Origin: a virus
Virus record (IMG/VR): IMGVR_UViG_3300027906_002394
Coordinates: 1 to 64,000 of that record
DNA: 64,000 bases
Direction: 5' to 3' (one strand)
This document shows positions 1 to 10,035 of the stretch, one piece after another. A program made the position numbers and the translations under genes. The notes under the pieces are model-generated. The model saw nothing but the letters and a program-made list of their open reading frames with translations, ran no database searches and had not been told where the DNA came from. Every line of letters starts with the position of its first letter. Position 1 is the stretch's first letter.

Positions 1-366
1 AAATATGTTGCCCAGTTGCTCTATGGTAACAGCGGTGCTGGTGCGGTGGATAATGCCGTTACACTTCTTATTTTATTACTAGTGTTTGTATTTGACCCAT
101 TGGCGATTGTGTTGGTACTTGCTGCTAACCTTAGTTGGAAGGAAAGACAAGGAGAACTCATAACACCAATGACAGTTGATGAAACAGTAGTTGAAGAGCA
201 GATTATACCAGAAGAGGAACCAAAGGGAATGCCTACCGATGATTTACCAGAGATGGAAGATTGGGTTAGGGATAAGTATGGTACTAGTTCTGGAATGGAG
301 AACCTTTCCGATACCGATAAAAAGAAATTGGAATGGTTAATTGATAAGAAAAAATCACAGGAGTAA
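1..366 (+). CDS. Hypothetical membrane protein, 5'-truncated by the window edge
   Basis: Frame is open from base 1; hydrophobic stretch LLILLLVFVFDPLAIVLVLAA followed by an acidic tail. Confidence 0.7.
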   Translation, partial: KYVAQLLYGNSGAGAVDNAVTLLILLLVFVFDPLAIVLVLAANLSWKERQGELITPMTVDETVVEEQIIPEEEPKGMPTDDLPEMEDWVRDKYGTSSGMENLSDTDKKKLEWLIDKKKSQE

Positions 367-367
367 A

Positions 368-1957
368 GTGAAAAATATAGTAATGATTGCATTGGCGATG
401 TTAAGTTTCGGCGCCATTGCAGATGATGTAGAAGAAACTATAGTAGTAGGTGCTAAAGTATATAATGGATATGCTGACCCACTATATGACGATAACCTTT
501 TAGAGAGTATACAGTACACTAAAAAGTTTATTGCTGGTGGTCTAGGTGGATTTCATGGTATACAATTAAACGGTACTGATACAAAACATACCGCAGTATA
601 TAAAAACGGTGTACCTGTCAATGACCCCAGTTCTGGGTGGTACGATTTTGGTACAGACTTACCAGCACATCAAGACATAACTGTTATATCTGGGCCGAAT
701 AGTGCCAGATTTGGTAGTGGTTCTATGGCTGGTGTCGTATTGATTGAGGATAATTTTGAAAGACAGTTCACGGCGGAAGTTGCTGAAGATATCACAAAAG
801 TAATTGCCAGTTATGAATGGTATCCAGAGTCACAGGAAGTTGGTGTACAAGTTGCCCACTACAATGGTACTACTGGTTCTGCCATGACATATAATGATGA
901 GTTGGATTGGTATAAAAACACCACAGTAAAGTTTGCTTACGCGAATGAGGTAGGTAAGATAAATCTGGAGAGTATCAATTATGATTCTGATTATGACCAA
1001 TGCTGGTGGATGATGCCACCTAATGAGTGGGAAGATTGGATGTGTCATGTTGAGGGTGAGAAAAATACCGCAACGCTGAGGACTAAATATCTGGTTCTAG
1101 GACATACCACAAATAAGGCAAAACATAATACTGGATATGAGATAGAGTCAGAAAGGACTTATGGTAACTTTATCGCATATAAGGATAATGGCCATGAGTT
1201 AGGAGTGACAGCGCAGAATGAGGTTTATAATGAAAAAAGTAGAGACACTTATTCTGCCTATTACCAATGGCAAAATGATTTCATTGGGGTTGGGTACAGA
1301 TTTCAAGAAGGTACTGCTCCCATGTCAGAACAACATATTGCTAGAATTGGTATAGAGTGGGATGGTTTAAGATTCTCACTTGCTAATAGTTATAGACTGC
1401 CTAATTTATATGAGCAGAGAGGTGATGGATGGGTACACGCGAATCCAGACCTACAACCAGAAGAAGGTATTGGCACAGAATTTGGATACAAGGATGTGTC
1501 CATTTACTACTATGAATTTGATGAAGGTATAGATTTTGACTTCAACCAGTACAAATATGTAAATACTGGGGAATATTCTTCACAAGGAATTCGCTATCAA
1601 GACCAATTTTTGCTTGACAATGGGTCTATTTTCGTGTATACTGAGTACACAGAAACAGATAGGATTAGAGTACCTAGATATAGGACTAAATTGAGTTATT
1701 GGACATCTGGTTCATTTGGTGGTATTCAATGGGATACCGCTTTAGAATATCTAGGTGAATTTGAGAAAGGACAGGATTATGATGGAAGAATTATTGATGA
1801 TGTTAGCACCGCTAATTTTAAGTTTGGTGTATATGCTACATCAAATTTGTATATCATGTTAGAGTTAGATGATATTATGAATAATAGATTTGAGGTGTTA
1901 CCCGATTATGCTGCTGGTGGAAGAACAGTACGACTCAGTTTCGACAGAATTTTATAA
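368..1957 (+). CDS. TonB-dependent outer-membrane receptor (BtuB-like, compact)
   Basis: Signal peptide, TonB-box-like EETIVVGA, plug motifs (NGVPVND; VISGPNSARFGSGSMAGVV), YRLPNLYE, NPDLQPE, C-terminal GRTVRLSF; start placed at GTG 368. Confidence 0.8.
   Translation: MKNIVMIALAMLSFGAIADDVEETIVVGAKVYNGYADPLYDDNLLESIQYTKKFIAGGLGGFHGIQLNGTDTKHTAVYKNGVPVNDPSSGWYDFGTDLPAHQDITVISGPNSARFGSGSMAGVVLIEDNFERQFTAEVAEDITKVIASYEWYPESQEVGVQVAHYNGTTGSAMTYNDELDWYKNTTVKFAYANEVGKINLESINYDSDYDQCWWMMPPNEWEDWMCHVEGEKNTATLRTKYLVLGHTTNKAKHNTGYEIESERTYGNFIAYKDNGHELGVTAQNEVYNEKSRDTYSAYYQWQNDFIGVGYRFQEGTAPMSEQHIARIGIEWDGLRFSLANSYRLPNLYEQRGDGWVHANPDLQPEEGIGTEFGYKDVSIYYYEFDEGIDFDFNQYKYVNTGEYSSQGIRYQDQFLLDNGSIFVYTEYTETDRIRVPRYRTKLSYWTSGSFGGIQWDTALEYLGEFEKGQDYDGRIIDDVSTANFKFGVYATSNLYIMLELDDIMNNRFEVLPDYAAGGRTVRLSFDRIL
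1614..1642 (+). promoter_or_regulatory. sigma70-type promoter internal to the receptor gene
   Basis: TTGACA-17 nt-TATACT. Confidence 0.5.
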
Positions 1958-1967
1958 GGAAAAGTTT

Positions 1968-3014
1968 ATGCCCAAACTTTTAACAAATGGGTGTTCAATA
2001 TCTCTTGGTGCTGAAATGGGTGAAACTACTAGAACAGCAAAAGAGGGATGGACATATCAACATTGTGATACAGACTACAGATATAGAGAAAGGTGGTCTA
2101 CAAAACTCGCTGAGAAAATGGGAATGGAACCCATTAACCTATCTAGAGGTGGTGGTTCTAATTGGCGTATATGGAGAACTACGCAAGATTATTTACTAAC
2201 TAACCCAGTTGATTTTGCAGTTATACAAATGACAGAAGCAAGTCGATGGCAGATGCCTATTAGTTTTGATTTCTTAGACAGGTGGAATCCAACTTCAACA
2301 GTATCTAGTTTTTTTGATTTCACGCATGGTGGCATATACGGACATGCAGATAATGGAAGGGGGTATGAAGAATATTCTAATTGGAATTATGGCGAGTATC
2401 ATCAATTAAGAAGCTTCCAGAATGACCATAGACCAAATGGTGAAATGGTAGATGAGAATCATTATAGTGGTATGAAACAAGAGATAGATGGGTATTTCTT
2501 ATTCAATGACCAGTTTCACAACTATTTCGATTTTCTGAGACATGTTCTTTATTTACACTATATGTTTGAGAGTAACGATGTGCCTCACTTGATTGTTGAT
2601 ATGTTAGAGAGCATTGTCATATGCACATACATGAAAGATGAATTAGAACGAATTACAAAATTACCGCCAAAAGTAATGTTAGAAAAGTACAGGGCGAATC
2701 AATATGAATTGACATATGTTGTAGATGAATATGACCCATCAAAAGATGAGGATTATTTGATATGGTTTGAATATATCAAAAGGTCTAATATGAGTGAAAA
2801 GTTTAATAATCTATACAATAAAGTAATTGGTGCAAAGTGGTTTGATGGCCACCCATACAGAAATTACTTTAGTAGGATTACAAGAGATTGCCCACGCGAG
2901 GGCATGAATAGTATGTACTTAGGGGAGATGCCTAAAGGACATCCCAATGAGGAATGCCATTCCATTTTCGCGGAACGAATGTATAATGAAATAACTAGGA
3001 GAAATTTGTTATGA
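1968..3014 (+). CDS. SGNH/GDSL-like phage protein (paralog 1)
   Basis: N-terminal LLTNGCS, NLSRGGGSN block, C-terminal GHPNEECH; ATG 1968 follows AAGGA. Confidence 0.55.
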   Translation: MPKLLTNGCSISLGAEMGETTRTAKEGWTYQHCDTDYRYRERWSTKLAEKMGMEPINLSRGGGSNWRIWRTTQDYLLTNPVDFAVIQMTEASRWQMPISFDFLDRWNPTSTVSSFFDFTHGGIYGHADNGRGYEEYSNWNYGEYHQLRSFQNDHRPNGEMVDENHYSGMKQEIDGYFLFNDQFHNYFDFLRHVLYLHYMFESNDVPHLIVDMLESIVICTYMKDELERITKLPPKVMLEKYRANQYELTYVVDEYDPSKDEDYLIWFEYIKRSNMSEKFNNLYNKVIGAKWFDGHPYRNYFSRITRDCPREGMNSMYLGEMPKGHPNEECHSIFAERMYNEITRRNLL

Positions 3015-3289
3015 ATAATGTGAAATATAGTAGGTCACAACTTAGTGACATCTTGGTAGAACAAGAAGCTGTTATTGGGTATACCAAAAAAGATGGTACG
3101 GAAAGGGATGTCCACGCGACATTGATACCTAATCGTATTCCAGAGGTGAAAAACCCAGCACCAGTTAAAGAAACTCATTTGACTGTTTTCGATACAGAAA
3201 AACAGCAATGGAGAACTTTACTGGTTGACCAGATAAGGAATATTACTCTTGAAGTACCTAATTCTGGTGTAAAAGTCGCTTCTGCATAA
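3011..3289 (+). CDS. SH3-fold/WYL_2-like small T4-like phage protein
   Basis: YTKKDGTERDVHATL ... VFDTEKQQWRT motif typical of this family. Confidence 0.65.
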   Translation: MNNVKYSRSQLSDILVEQEAVIGYTKKDGTERDVHATLIPNRIPEVKNPAPVKETHLTVFDTEKQQWRTLLVDQIRNITLEVPNSGVKVASA

Positions 3290-3298
3290 AAATAATGC

Positions 3299-3328
3299 TT
3301 GACACTTGGACTAGACTTGTGTTATTAT
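3299..3328 (+). promoter_or_regulatory. sigma70-type promoter
   Basis: TTGACA-18 nt-TATTAT upstream of the AAGGAG RBS and ATG 3359. Confidence 0.55.
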
Positions 3329-3358
3329 ACATATTACTATAACACAAGGAGTCCAATA

Positions 3359-3868
3359 ATGGCACGAATTACTAAGGACGATTTTCGTCCAGACAAACCA
3401 AAGCGTAGGCGGCGAAAACCTATGTCTGAGGAACAGAAGGCTGCCGCTGTTGAAAGACTAGCGAAGGCACGAGAAGCGAGGTTGAAAAAGAACCCGCCCA
3501 AATTAAAGCATATCCATCCAGATGTACTGGCATTGCCAGAGGATAATCATTTGTCATATGTAAAAGTCAAGGGGTGGATTAAAGCTAACAAAGAGAAATT
3601 ACCAGAGTTAAAGAGACAAGTGCGGAATAATGTCAAAGGTGCATTAGCACAGCATGAGTCTGTTAGAACTTATATTTCATCTATGGAAAACTATTTGAAG
3701 TCTAGCACATGGACTTCTTTATTTGCTGGGGAAGACCAGACACAAAGAGTAGTTTTTAGGTGTACTACCCTAGCTTATGACAAGGATGGCAATGTGAAGC
3801 GAAGTCGCGGTGTTTTTTACGATGACCTTGGATTTGTCTGGGGGAGTGAACCAGATGATAATAGTTGA
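3359..3868 (+). CDS. Basic hypothetical protein upstream of rnh
   Basis: AAGGAG RBS; basic N-terminus and helical AAAVERLAKARE segment. Confidence 0.75.
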   Translation: MARITKDDFRPDKPKRRRRKPMSEEQKAAAVERLAKAREARLKKNPPKLKHIHPDVLALPEDNHLSYVKVKGWIKANKEKLPELKRQVRNNVKGALAQHESVRTYISSMENYLKSSTWTSLFAGEDQTQRVVFRCTTLAYDKDGNVKRSRGVFYDDLGFVWGSEPDDNS

Positions 3869-4739
3869 TTATAACCAAATTAGTATCAGTAATCTCATGG
3901 CGGAACTTAACGGTTCCAAAGATTCTGATATTAACATAGACCTAGTTCGTCATATGATTCTCAACACATTGAGAAGTTATAAGACAAGGTGGGGTGATGA
4001 GTATGGCGATTTAGTAATTGCTTGTGACAATAGGCGATATTGGAGAAGAACTGTATTCCCACAATACAAGGCGAGTCGTAAAAAGACACGCGAAGATAGT
4101 GGATATGATTGGACATCTATTTTTGAGGGTCTATCTCTGGTAAGGAATGAGTTACAACAACACATGCCGTATCCAGTTGTAGATGTTGATGGTGCTGAGG
4201 CAGATGATGTAATTGGTACATTGGTAGAGTGGAGTCAGAAAAATGATTTGGTACAGGAAGGATTGTTTGAATCACCTAGACCATTGTTAATTATATCTGG
4301 TGACCATGATTTCCAACAGTTACAAAAATATGAGAATGTTGTACAGTATTCGCCTCTTAGAAAGAGATTTGTAAAGATTAAGGAATCAGCAGACGCCGTA
4401 TTACGCGAACACATTATACGCGGTGATAAGGGAGATGGGGTTCCAAACATTCTTAGTGACGATGATTCTTTTGTAGAGGGTAAAAGACAGAGACCAATAC
4501 GAAAGGCGCTAGTTGCTGAGTGGAAAACCCAGAAACCCGAAGAATGGGTAACAGGTGAAATGGCAGCTGGGTATATCCGAAATAAAACTATGGTGGATTT
4601 ATCACAAACACCAGAGGAAATTAAAGAACAGATTGTGTTTCAGTATACAGCACAGTTAGATAAGTCTGCTGAGGACATGTATAAATACTTCATGAACTTT
4701 GGTCTTGACAGACTTATTGAAGTGATTGATGAATTTTAA
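3855..4739 (+). CDS. rnh: T4-type RNase H / 5'-3' exonuclease (FEN family)
   Basis: IIVDYNQI, WRRTVFPQYKASR, EADDVIG, ISGDHDFQQL, GDKGDGVPNILS motifs. Confidence 0.93.
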   Translation: MIIVDYNQISISNLMAELNGSKDSDINIDLVRHMILNTLRSYKTRWGDEYGDLVIACDNRRYWRRTVFPQYKASRKKTREDSGYDWTSIFEGLSLVRNELQQHMPYPVVDVDGAEADDVIGTLVEWSQKNDLVQEGLFESPRPLLIISGDHDFQQLQKYENVVQYSPLRKRFVKIKESADAVLREHIIRGDKGDGVPNILSDDDSFVEGKRQRPIRKALVAEWKTQKPEEWVTGEMAAGYIRNKTMVDLSQTPEEIKEQIVFQYTAQLDKSAEDMYKYFMNFGLDRLIEVIDEF

Positions 4740-4750
4740 TGAGGTAAAAT

Positions 4751-5251
4751 ATGAGAAAATTTAGACAAATGAATGAGGGTTTCACCTATGTACTTGAAGG
4801 AGAAAACCTAGACGAGCAAGTCACTCGCCTAAAACAATGGGGACAAACCAACCAATGCCTAGTTCCAGTAGTTAGAATAGGAGTTGGTGCGGAGAAACCC
4901 GAATGGGATTTGCCAGAGGGCATGCCCGAAACTACCAAACTAGAAGAGGATACGCCAGATGGATTAGGTGCAACATCTATCCAAATGGAATGGCGTAGAA
5001 TTAAACAGTTTACAGAACCGAATTCCAATATGAAAAATCTGCCTGCATGGAAACAGGAGATGAATTGGTTACAGATTCTTGAGGGTGTACATCCAGAGGA
5101 AGCGAAAATACTTACTTCTGTGAAGGATGGTAAACTTCTTGAACTATACCCGAAGTTGGAAAAACTCATGGCACCATTGGGAATTACTGAGTATAACAAA
5201 CCTAAAAAGAAGAGGGCGCCTCGCAAGAAAAAGGAGAAGACTAATGCCTGA
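4751..5251 (+). CDS. Conserved T4-like hypothetical protein downstream of rnh
   Basis: GAGGT RBS; LQILEGVHPEEAKILTSVKDGKL motif; TATAAATA at 4680-4687 upstream. Confidence 0.7.
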   Translation: MRKFRQMNEGFTYVLEGENLDEQVTRLKQWGQTNQCLVPVVRIGVGAEKPEWDLPEGMPETTKLEEDTPDGLGATSIQMEWRRIKQFTEPNSNMKNLPAWKQEMNWLQILEGVHPEEAKILTSVKDGKLLELYPKLEKLMAPLGITEYNKPKKKRAPRKKKEKTNA

Positions 5252-5498
5252 TTTCACACCACAGTTAACAAAAACTTTACGATATTATTTCGACAGTCAG
5301 ATAGGCAAACACAAAATTAATGTACAAGTCTTGATGCAAAAGGGAGTTGGTGTTGCTGAACACCCAGACATAATGCAGACTATTGAGGATGAACTTGGTA
5401 AGATAGCAGAGTACAAAGATAAACTAGCAGCTCTGAGAGATGTAGAACTCGAAGACAGTTTGTCGGATGAAGCTCAACTGAGTTTCTTATCTGAATAG
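5244..5498 (+). CDS. Hypothetical protein
   Basis: AAGGAG RBS; GVGVAEHPDIMQTIEDEL segment. Confidence 0.7.
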   Translation: MPDFTPQLTKTLRYYFDSQIGKHKINVQVLMQKGVGVAEHPDIMQTIEDELGKIAEYKDKLAALRDVELEDSLSDEAQLSFLSE

Positions 5499-5499
5499 A

Positions 5500-6081
5500 A
5501 TGGGTGATATATACAAATTAAGCGAAAAACATTACCCTAAGAATCCCCCCGCCGCTGCCATTATAGTTGAAATTGGTAGCGATAACTTAGAAGGTTCAAC
5601 AGCGTATTTTTCTAGACTCGCAGAAGCTAAACATACAATGTTGGTGTCAGTAGACATTAGTCCTTTGCCATCACAAAGATTAGCACATTTACGAAATACC
5701 GAATGGGTAGTAAAGAAGGGTTCAGATTACACTAGAAATTTTAAGTGGGAACATGGTATCGCTTGTTTGTATTTGGATAATTTTGATTATATCTTTGATA
5801 TTCACAATATGCCAGATTGGGTGATAGAACAAAAGCAGATGTATAAAAGAGAGTGGAATATAGATTTGGACAATCAGAGTTGCCAAGTTGAACATATGAA
5901 ACAGATGATAGATTTAATGCCGAATATGATTTCTGAAGGAATAGTGGTTTGTGATGATACATACCGACATAATAATTGTTGGACTGGCAAGGCAGGCCCT
6001 GCTGTGACATATTTACTCGCTAATGACTATAAGATAGTGGAAGGTGACTATCCCAATGGCGTAATTTTGAGGGCGCCATGA
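5500..6081 (+). CDS. Class I SAM-dependent methyltransferase-like protein
   Basis: IIVEIGS motif I, LVSVDI, LYLD, GIVVCDD. Confidence 0.6.
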   Translation: MGDIYKLSEKHYPKNPPAAAIIVEIGSDNLEGSTAYFSRLAEAKHTMLVSVDISPLPSQRLAHLRNTEWVVKKGSDYTRNFKWEHGIACLYLDNFDYIFDIHNMPDWVIEQKQMYKREWNIDLDNQSCQVEHMKQMIDLMPNMISEGIVVCDDTYRHNNCWTGKAGPAVTYLLANDYKIVEGDYPNGVILRAP

Positions 6082-6611
6082 ATACTCGTGCATCTAGGTT
6101 TTTCTTGTTTAAGTGTGGTGGGTGGAAAAACGAATATTGGATTGTAGATGAGAAGAGTCTACAGGAAGTACCAAAACCACGCGAGATGATAATCAAATTC
6201 TCTAATATAGAACAGATTAGAGAGTACGCAATTACCCAGAATCCACAAGACCTACCAATAGTCGATAGGTGCAGAGACCGTACCGCTTGGCACACGCCAG
6301 AGGGTCGAGAACGCATCAAACAGGCGAAACTGGGTCAGAGTAACCCCAATTCAAAGGGGTTGACAGAAGCGCATAGGGCGAAGATATCGCAGACTATGAC
6401 AGGCACTAGGAGAGGGGAATTCAATCCCATGTATGGACGCACACATAAAGCGAAAACCATAGAACTAATCAGACAGAAGGCATATGCCCGCCCAAAAATG
6501 AGGTGGTGTGTAGAACCTACTGGAAAGTCCCATTTGGTGCGGGCTGACGGTGAGATACCAGAATCTTGGCAATGGGGACGATATTACGACAAATATAGAC
6601 CAAATGAGTGA
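6078..6611 (+). CDS. NUMOD3-repeat DNA-binding protein (homing-endonuclease-related)
   Basis: HTPEGRERIKQAKLG, TEAHRAKISQTMTG and NPMYGRTHKAKTIELI repeats; C-terminal WQWGR. Confidence 0.7.
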   Translation: MNTRASRFFLFKCGGWKNEYWIVDEKSLQEVPKPREMIIKFSNIEQIREYAITQNPQDLPIVDRCRDRTAWHTPEGRERIKQAKLGQSNPNSKGLTEAHRAKISQTMTGTRRGEFNPMYGRTHKAKTIELIRQKAYARPKMRWCVEPTGKSHLVRADGEIPESWQWGRYYDKYRPNE

Positions 6612-6645
6612 ATTTTTTTATCAATTTTTTTGCTTTTCTCAGTTA

Positions 6646-6713
6646 AATCAATGACTTAGAGAGGCGGATTTATCGCTATTTTGCTTGACTTTTGCCCTAA
6701 ATTATGGGATCAT
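6646..6713 (+). promoter_or_regulatory. IHF site plus early promoter (GATCAT class)
   Basis: AATCAATGACTTA matches WATCAANNNNTTR; TTGACT(6685)-17 nt-GATCAT(6708) with TGn. Confidence 0.6.
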
Positions 6714-6743
6714 ATACATGTAATTAGGAAAGTGAGAGATAAT

Positions 6744-6989
6744 ATGAAAACAAACAAAATTGATTATTTAAACGCAGAGAATGGTGGTCTTCTATTTACT
6801 TTGGAGAACACTAGGGAATCGTTTTTTGGTGGTACACTTGAAGAGTGTGCTTTGATTATTGCGAAACATGGAGTGGCGTCTAGTGTGATGGGTTCTTCTT
6901 CAATGGATTTCGCTAGTGAATATGGTTTTGAAAACGATGGTGATGCTTTGACTATGTATCAGTATGCCATCAAATTAAGTGGAGTGTAA
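6744..6989 (+). CDS. Small early hypothetical protein
   Basis: First ORF after the promoter, purine-rich RBS. Confidence 0.7.
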   Translation: MKTNKIDYLNAENGGLLFTLENTRESFFGGTLEECALIIAKHGVASSVMGSSSMDFASEYGFENDGDALTMYQYAIKLSGV

Positions 6990-6990
6990 T

Positions 6991-7221
6991 ATGACAGGAT
7001 TAGTTGAAACAGAATTAACTTTGACTCTCAATCAGATTATTGAGAAAATGGGTGCCCCAAAAGGTACGACTTATGACCAGTTAGACGAAGGTCAACAGGC
7101 ACATGTGGATGCCTACTGTGAACAGTTTGATGATGATGGAATTGACCACGCTGGTGGGCAATGTTATTGTGGTGAGTACAATTGTCCAGAAGAGTATGTT
7201 CATGCAACGAGTGGATGGTGA
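6991..7221 (+). CDS. Small acidic protein with Cys/His cluster
   Basis: C-terminal CYCGEYNCPEEYVHATSGW, possible metal site. Confidence 0.65.
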   Translation: MTGLVETELTLTLNQIIEKMGAPKGTTYDQLDEGQQAHVDAYCEQFDDDGIDHAGGQCYCGEYNCPEEYVHATSGW

Positions 7222-7826
7222 TGGTAGTAGATAAGTCAAAAATAATTTTAACCGATTGTGATGGAGTCTGCCTAGATTGGGAGACTGCATTTTTCACATG
7301 GATGGCTCACAATGGAATGAACCCTGTGGGCGAAGATTGGAAACTCAAATATAAAGTTTCCCAGAGATTTGGAGTCTCACCAAAAGAAGGTCAGAGATTG
7401 ACCAACCAATTTAACAGTAGTGCTGCTATTGGATTTTTGCCCCCTCTTAGGGACGCTCAGTACTACATCAAGAAACTTGCTGAAAAACATGGGTACAGAT
7501 TCGTTGCTGTGACTAGTTTGCATAGTGACCCATATGCCCAAGAGTTGAGAACGCAAAACCTTAAAAAGTTATTTGGAGAGGACACATTCATCGAGTATCA
7601 CTATTTGGATTGTGGTGCGGATAAAGATGAGATTCTATGGCAATTAGCACAGAAGTATGAAGGTGCGCCTTGGATTGAGGATAAATATGTCAATGTTGAA
7701 GTTGGCATGGAGTGTGGGTTTGAAGGATTTTTAATAGAACACGGGCATAACCTAAACTATAAAGGTGATGCCACTATCGTCAAAAACTGGGAGCAAATAT
7801 ATGACGCGCTTGCTAAGAGAAATTGA
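7215..7826 (+). CDS. HAD-superfamily 5'-nucleotidase-like phosphatase
   Basis: ILTDCDGVCLDW (DxDGV), AVTS, K, WIEDK motifs. Confidence 0.8.
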   Translation: MVMVVDKSKIILTDCDGVCLDWETAFFTWMAHNGMNPVGEDWKLKYKVSQRFGVSPKEGQRLTNQFNSSAAIGFLPPLRDAQYYIKKLAEKHGYRFVAVTSLHSDPYAQELRTQNLKKLFGEDTFIEYHYLDCGADKDEILWQLAQKYEGAPWIEDKYVNVEVGMECGFEGFLIEHGHNLNYKGDATIVKNWEQIYDALAKRN

Positions 7827-7995
7827 TAACGATGATTTTGATGGTTTTGTCCATCGAATGTATCATGACAATTGTGCTGAACGCGAGGGTATGAATATGC
7901 CCTTGTACACATTCGATGAGTACTTAACAAAAAACGAAACCTATCTCATAGAAAAATGGGATGACAGGCATCGCTATAAACCAAGGAGTCTTTAA
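7801..7995 (+). CDS. Hypothetical protein
   Basis: GGAG RBS, tightly packed ORF. Confidence 0.55.
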   Translation: MTRLLREIDNDDFDGFVHRMYHDNCAEREGMNMPLYTFDEYLTKNETYLIEKWDDRHRYKPRSL

Positions 7996-8225
7996 TGGGA
8001 ATCGAATTATACGCCGCTTTGTTCGGCGTTTCTTTGTATGTTGCATATAATTTAGGGTTCAGAAAAGGAACCGCTACATCAGCAACAGCTACGATGTGGA
8101 TTATGCGAGAATTTCTTAATGAGAAACAGGGCGCAGATTGGACAGACATCACTTTAGGCAAAAACTTTAATCGAGTACATAGATGGATGTCAGAGATGGA
8201 AGATGGCGAAGAAGGTCAGTCTTAA
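7995..8225 (+). CDS. Small membrane protein
   Basis: AAGGAG RBS, N-terminal hydrophobic helix. Confidence 0.65.
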   Translation: MGIELYAALFGVSLYVAYNLGFRKGTATSATATMWIMREFLNEKQGADWTDITLGKNFNRVHRWMSEMEDGEEGQS

Positions 8226-8538
8226 ACAATATGAAAAACAATTAAAGGAACATAACTTTAATTGGTTTGGTGATATTGAAATGTCTACAGGTAGTGAAAT
8301 ACCCGCTGAGACCAAAGCCCGATATGAAAAGATTGAGGACAGTATTGTAGAGAATTCTTTAATCTCTAGGATGCACTCAGAATTATATGACGCATATTTA
8401 GTATACGCTACAATGGATGGGCCAAAACCAAAACTGGTGGAGGCGGGAAAAGAAAACGGAAAAATCGTCTATAAGATAATTCACGATAATAAAGACGGTT
8501 TAATATTCGATTGGAGAAAACAACATGTACGAGTATAA
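8203..8538 (+). CDS. Hypothetical protein
   Basis: Packed ORF overlapping both neighbours. Confidence 0.6.
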   Translation: MAKKVSLKQYEKQLKEHNFNWFGDIEMSTGSEIPAETKARYEKIEDSIVENSLISRMHSELYDAYLVYATMDGPKPKLVEAGKENGKIVYKIIHDNKDGLIFDWRKQHVRV

Positions 8539-8890
8539 TGTAGTAATACAGAGATGGGTAGATGGCGATACAGTAGATGTCGATATAGACCTAGGCTTTG
8601 GAGTATGGTTAAATGACCAGCGTGTAAGATTAGCGGGTATCAACGCCCCAGAGAGCAGAACGCGAGACTTAGAAGAGAAGAAACTAGGACTGGCAGCGAA
8701 AGAGTTTTGTAAGGATTTTGCGAAAGAAGGACAATACGCTAAATTGGTATGTAAGAAATACGATGCCAAGGGCAAATTTGGAAGGATTTTAGGTGAGATT
8801 TGGAGCGTAACGAATTACGCAGATAAGTCTCTCAATGAATATTTACTTGATAAGGGACACGCTACAGAATATCATGGCGGCAAAAGGTAG
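8525..8890 (+). CDS. Thermonuclease (staphylococcal-nuclease-like)
   Basis: VDGDTVDVDIDLGF, RVRLAGINAPE, GKFGRILG. Confidence 0.88.
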   Translation: MYEYNVVIQRWVDGDTVDVDIDLGFGVWLNDQRVRLAGINAPESRTRDLEEKKLGLAAKEFCKDFAKEGQYAKLVCKKYDAKGKFGRILGEIWSVTNYADKSLNEYLLDKGHATEYHGGKR

Positions 8891-9854
8891 ACTATCCAGA
8901 AATCTTATAATAGGTGGTTGTTCATTTAGTGCCCATCAAACGCGAGAGACTTTAGCGTGGGCAGAACAATTAACTGAAGATTTTGATAATGTGATTAACA
9001 CGGCAGAGATGGCTTCTGGTAATCAGATTATCTGTGACAGGATATGCTACGAATTAAGCAAACCAGAAGTAACGAGTGAAAACACAATGGTCGCTGTCAT
9101 GTGGTCATCGCCCTTTAGAAAAGAATTCCTATTCTCATATGATGACCCAGACTATATGGAAATCCAGCATCTCTTTCCTAGAGGCAAGCCAGGATTCAGC
9201 AACTATATTCTAACAGATAAACAACACGAGAAACACCCAACATCTAACTGGCTCATCGTAGGGGGCGGATATGGCATCTGGAATTACGAAGTAACGCCGC
9301 TGGACGCTAGATTGAAGAATTATTTTAGAGACATATACAACCCAGAAGAAGCATATGTGAGCACTCTGAGGGCCATGATTACTGTACAAGCATTATGTGA
9401 AGCGAAAAGAATACCGCTGTTAAACATGTGTTGGCAGAATATCTTTCATGATTTAGGTGCAAAAGATTTCGAGAGTAGTGAGAGTTTTTGGAAGAAGGAT
9501 ATAGTCAGCACGACAGGATGGTTATATACGCGCCTGAGAACAGCATTTAGCAACAGTCTTAGAGACAATGGCGAATTGAATGAGCAGGAAATGAAATCCG
9601 ATATGCATAACAAAAGAATTGATAGATTATATCCCAATACAAAACATTGGTTTGAGCTTATCGATTGGGGTACATGGCATTTCTATGAGAACGAATTAAT
9701 ACAGAAAGGTGGACTACAGGAGTTTGCCCATTATGAATGTGATGTAAAAAGTGAAGAATTAAAGAATCACCCTACTACCGCTACACAGCGAGAGTGGAAA
9801 ATTAGAATAATGAAAGTAATGAAGGATAGATATGAAATGGAAATCAATAGTTGA
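8874..9854 (+). CDS. SGNH/GDSL-like phage protein (paralog 2)
   Basis: LIIGGCSFS, ASGNQII, VMWS, C-terminal NHPT. Confidence 0.55.
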   Translation: MAAKGRLSRNLIIGGCSFSAHQTRETLAWAEQLTEDFDNVINTAEMASGNQIICDRICYELSKPEVTSENTMVAVMWSSPFRKEFLFSYDDPDYMEIQHLFPRGKPGFSNYILTDKQHEKHPTSNWLIVGGGYGIWNYEVTPLDARLKNYFRDIYNPEEAYVSTLRAMITVQALCEAKRIPLLNMCWQNIFHDLGAKDFESSESFWKKDIVSTTGWLYTRLRTAFSNSLRDNGELNEQEMKSDMHNKRIDRLYPNTKHWFELIDWGTWHFYENELIQKGGLQEFAHYECDVKSEELKNHPTTATQREWKIRIMKVMKDRYEMEINS

Positions 9855-10035
9855 TACGCTATGGAGTAGTCCAGAAGAGACAAAAGCAGAAAGGGACGCT
9901 GACCCAGATGATTTATCAGTAGAGAACGCATATAAAACAAGATGGATATGGTATCACACTATATTAGGATTATTGATGCTAGTCGCAGATGTTTTATTGA
10001 TAGGAATATTAATCGTATTAGCAATTAAGTTATGA
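9832..10035 (+). CDS. Small membrane protein
   Basis: NAYKTRWIWYHTIL followed by a hydrophobic C-terminal helix. Confidence 0.65.
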   Translation: MKWKSIVDTLWSSPEETKAERDADPDDLSVENAYKTRWIWYHTILGLLMLVADVLLIGILIVLAIKL

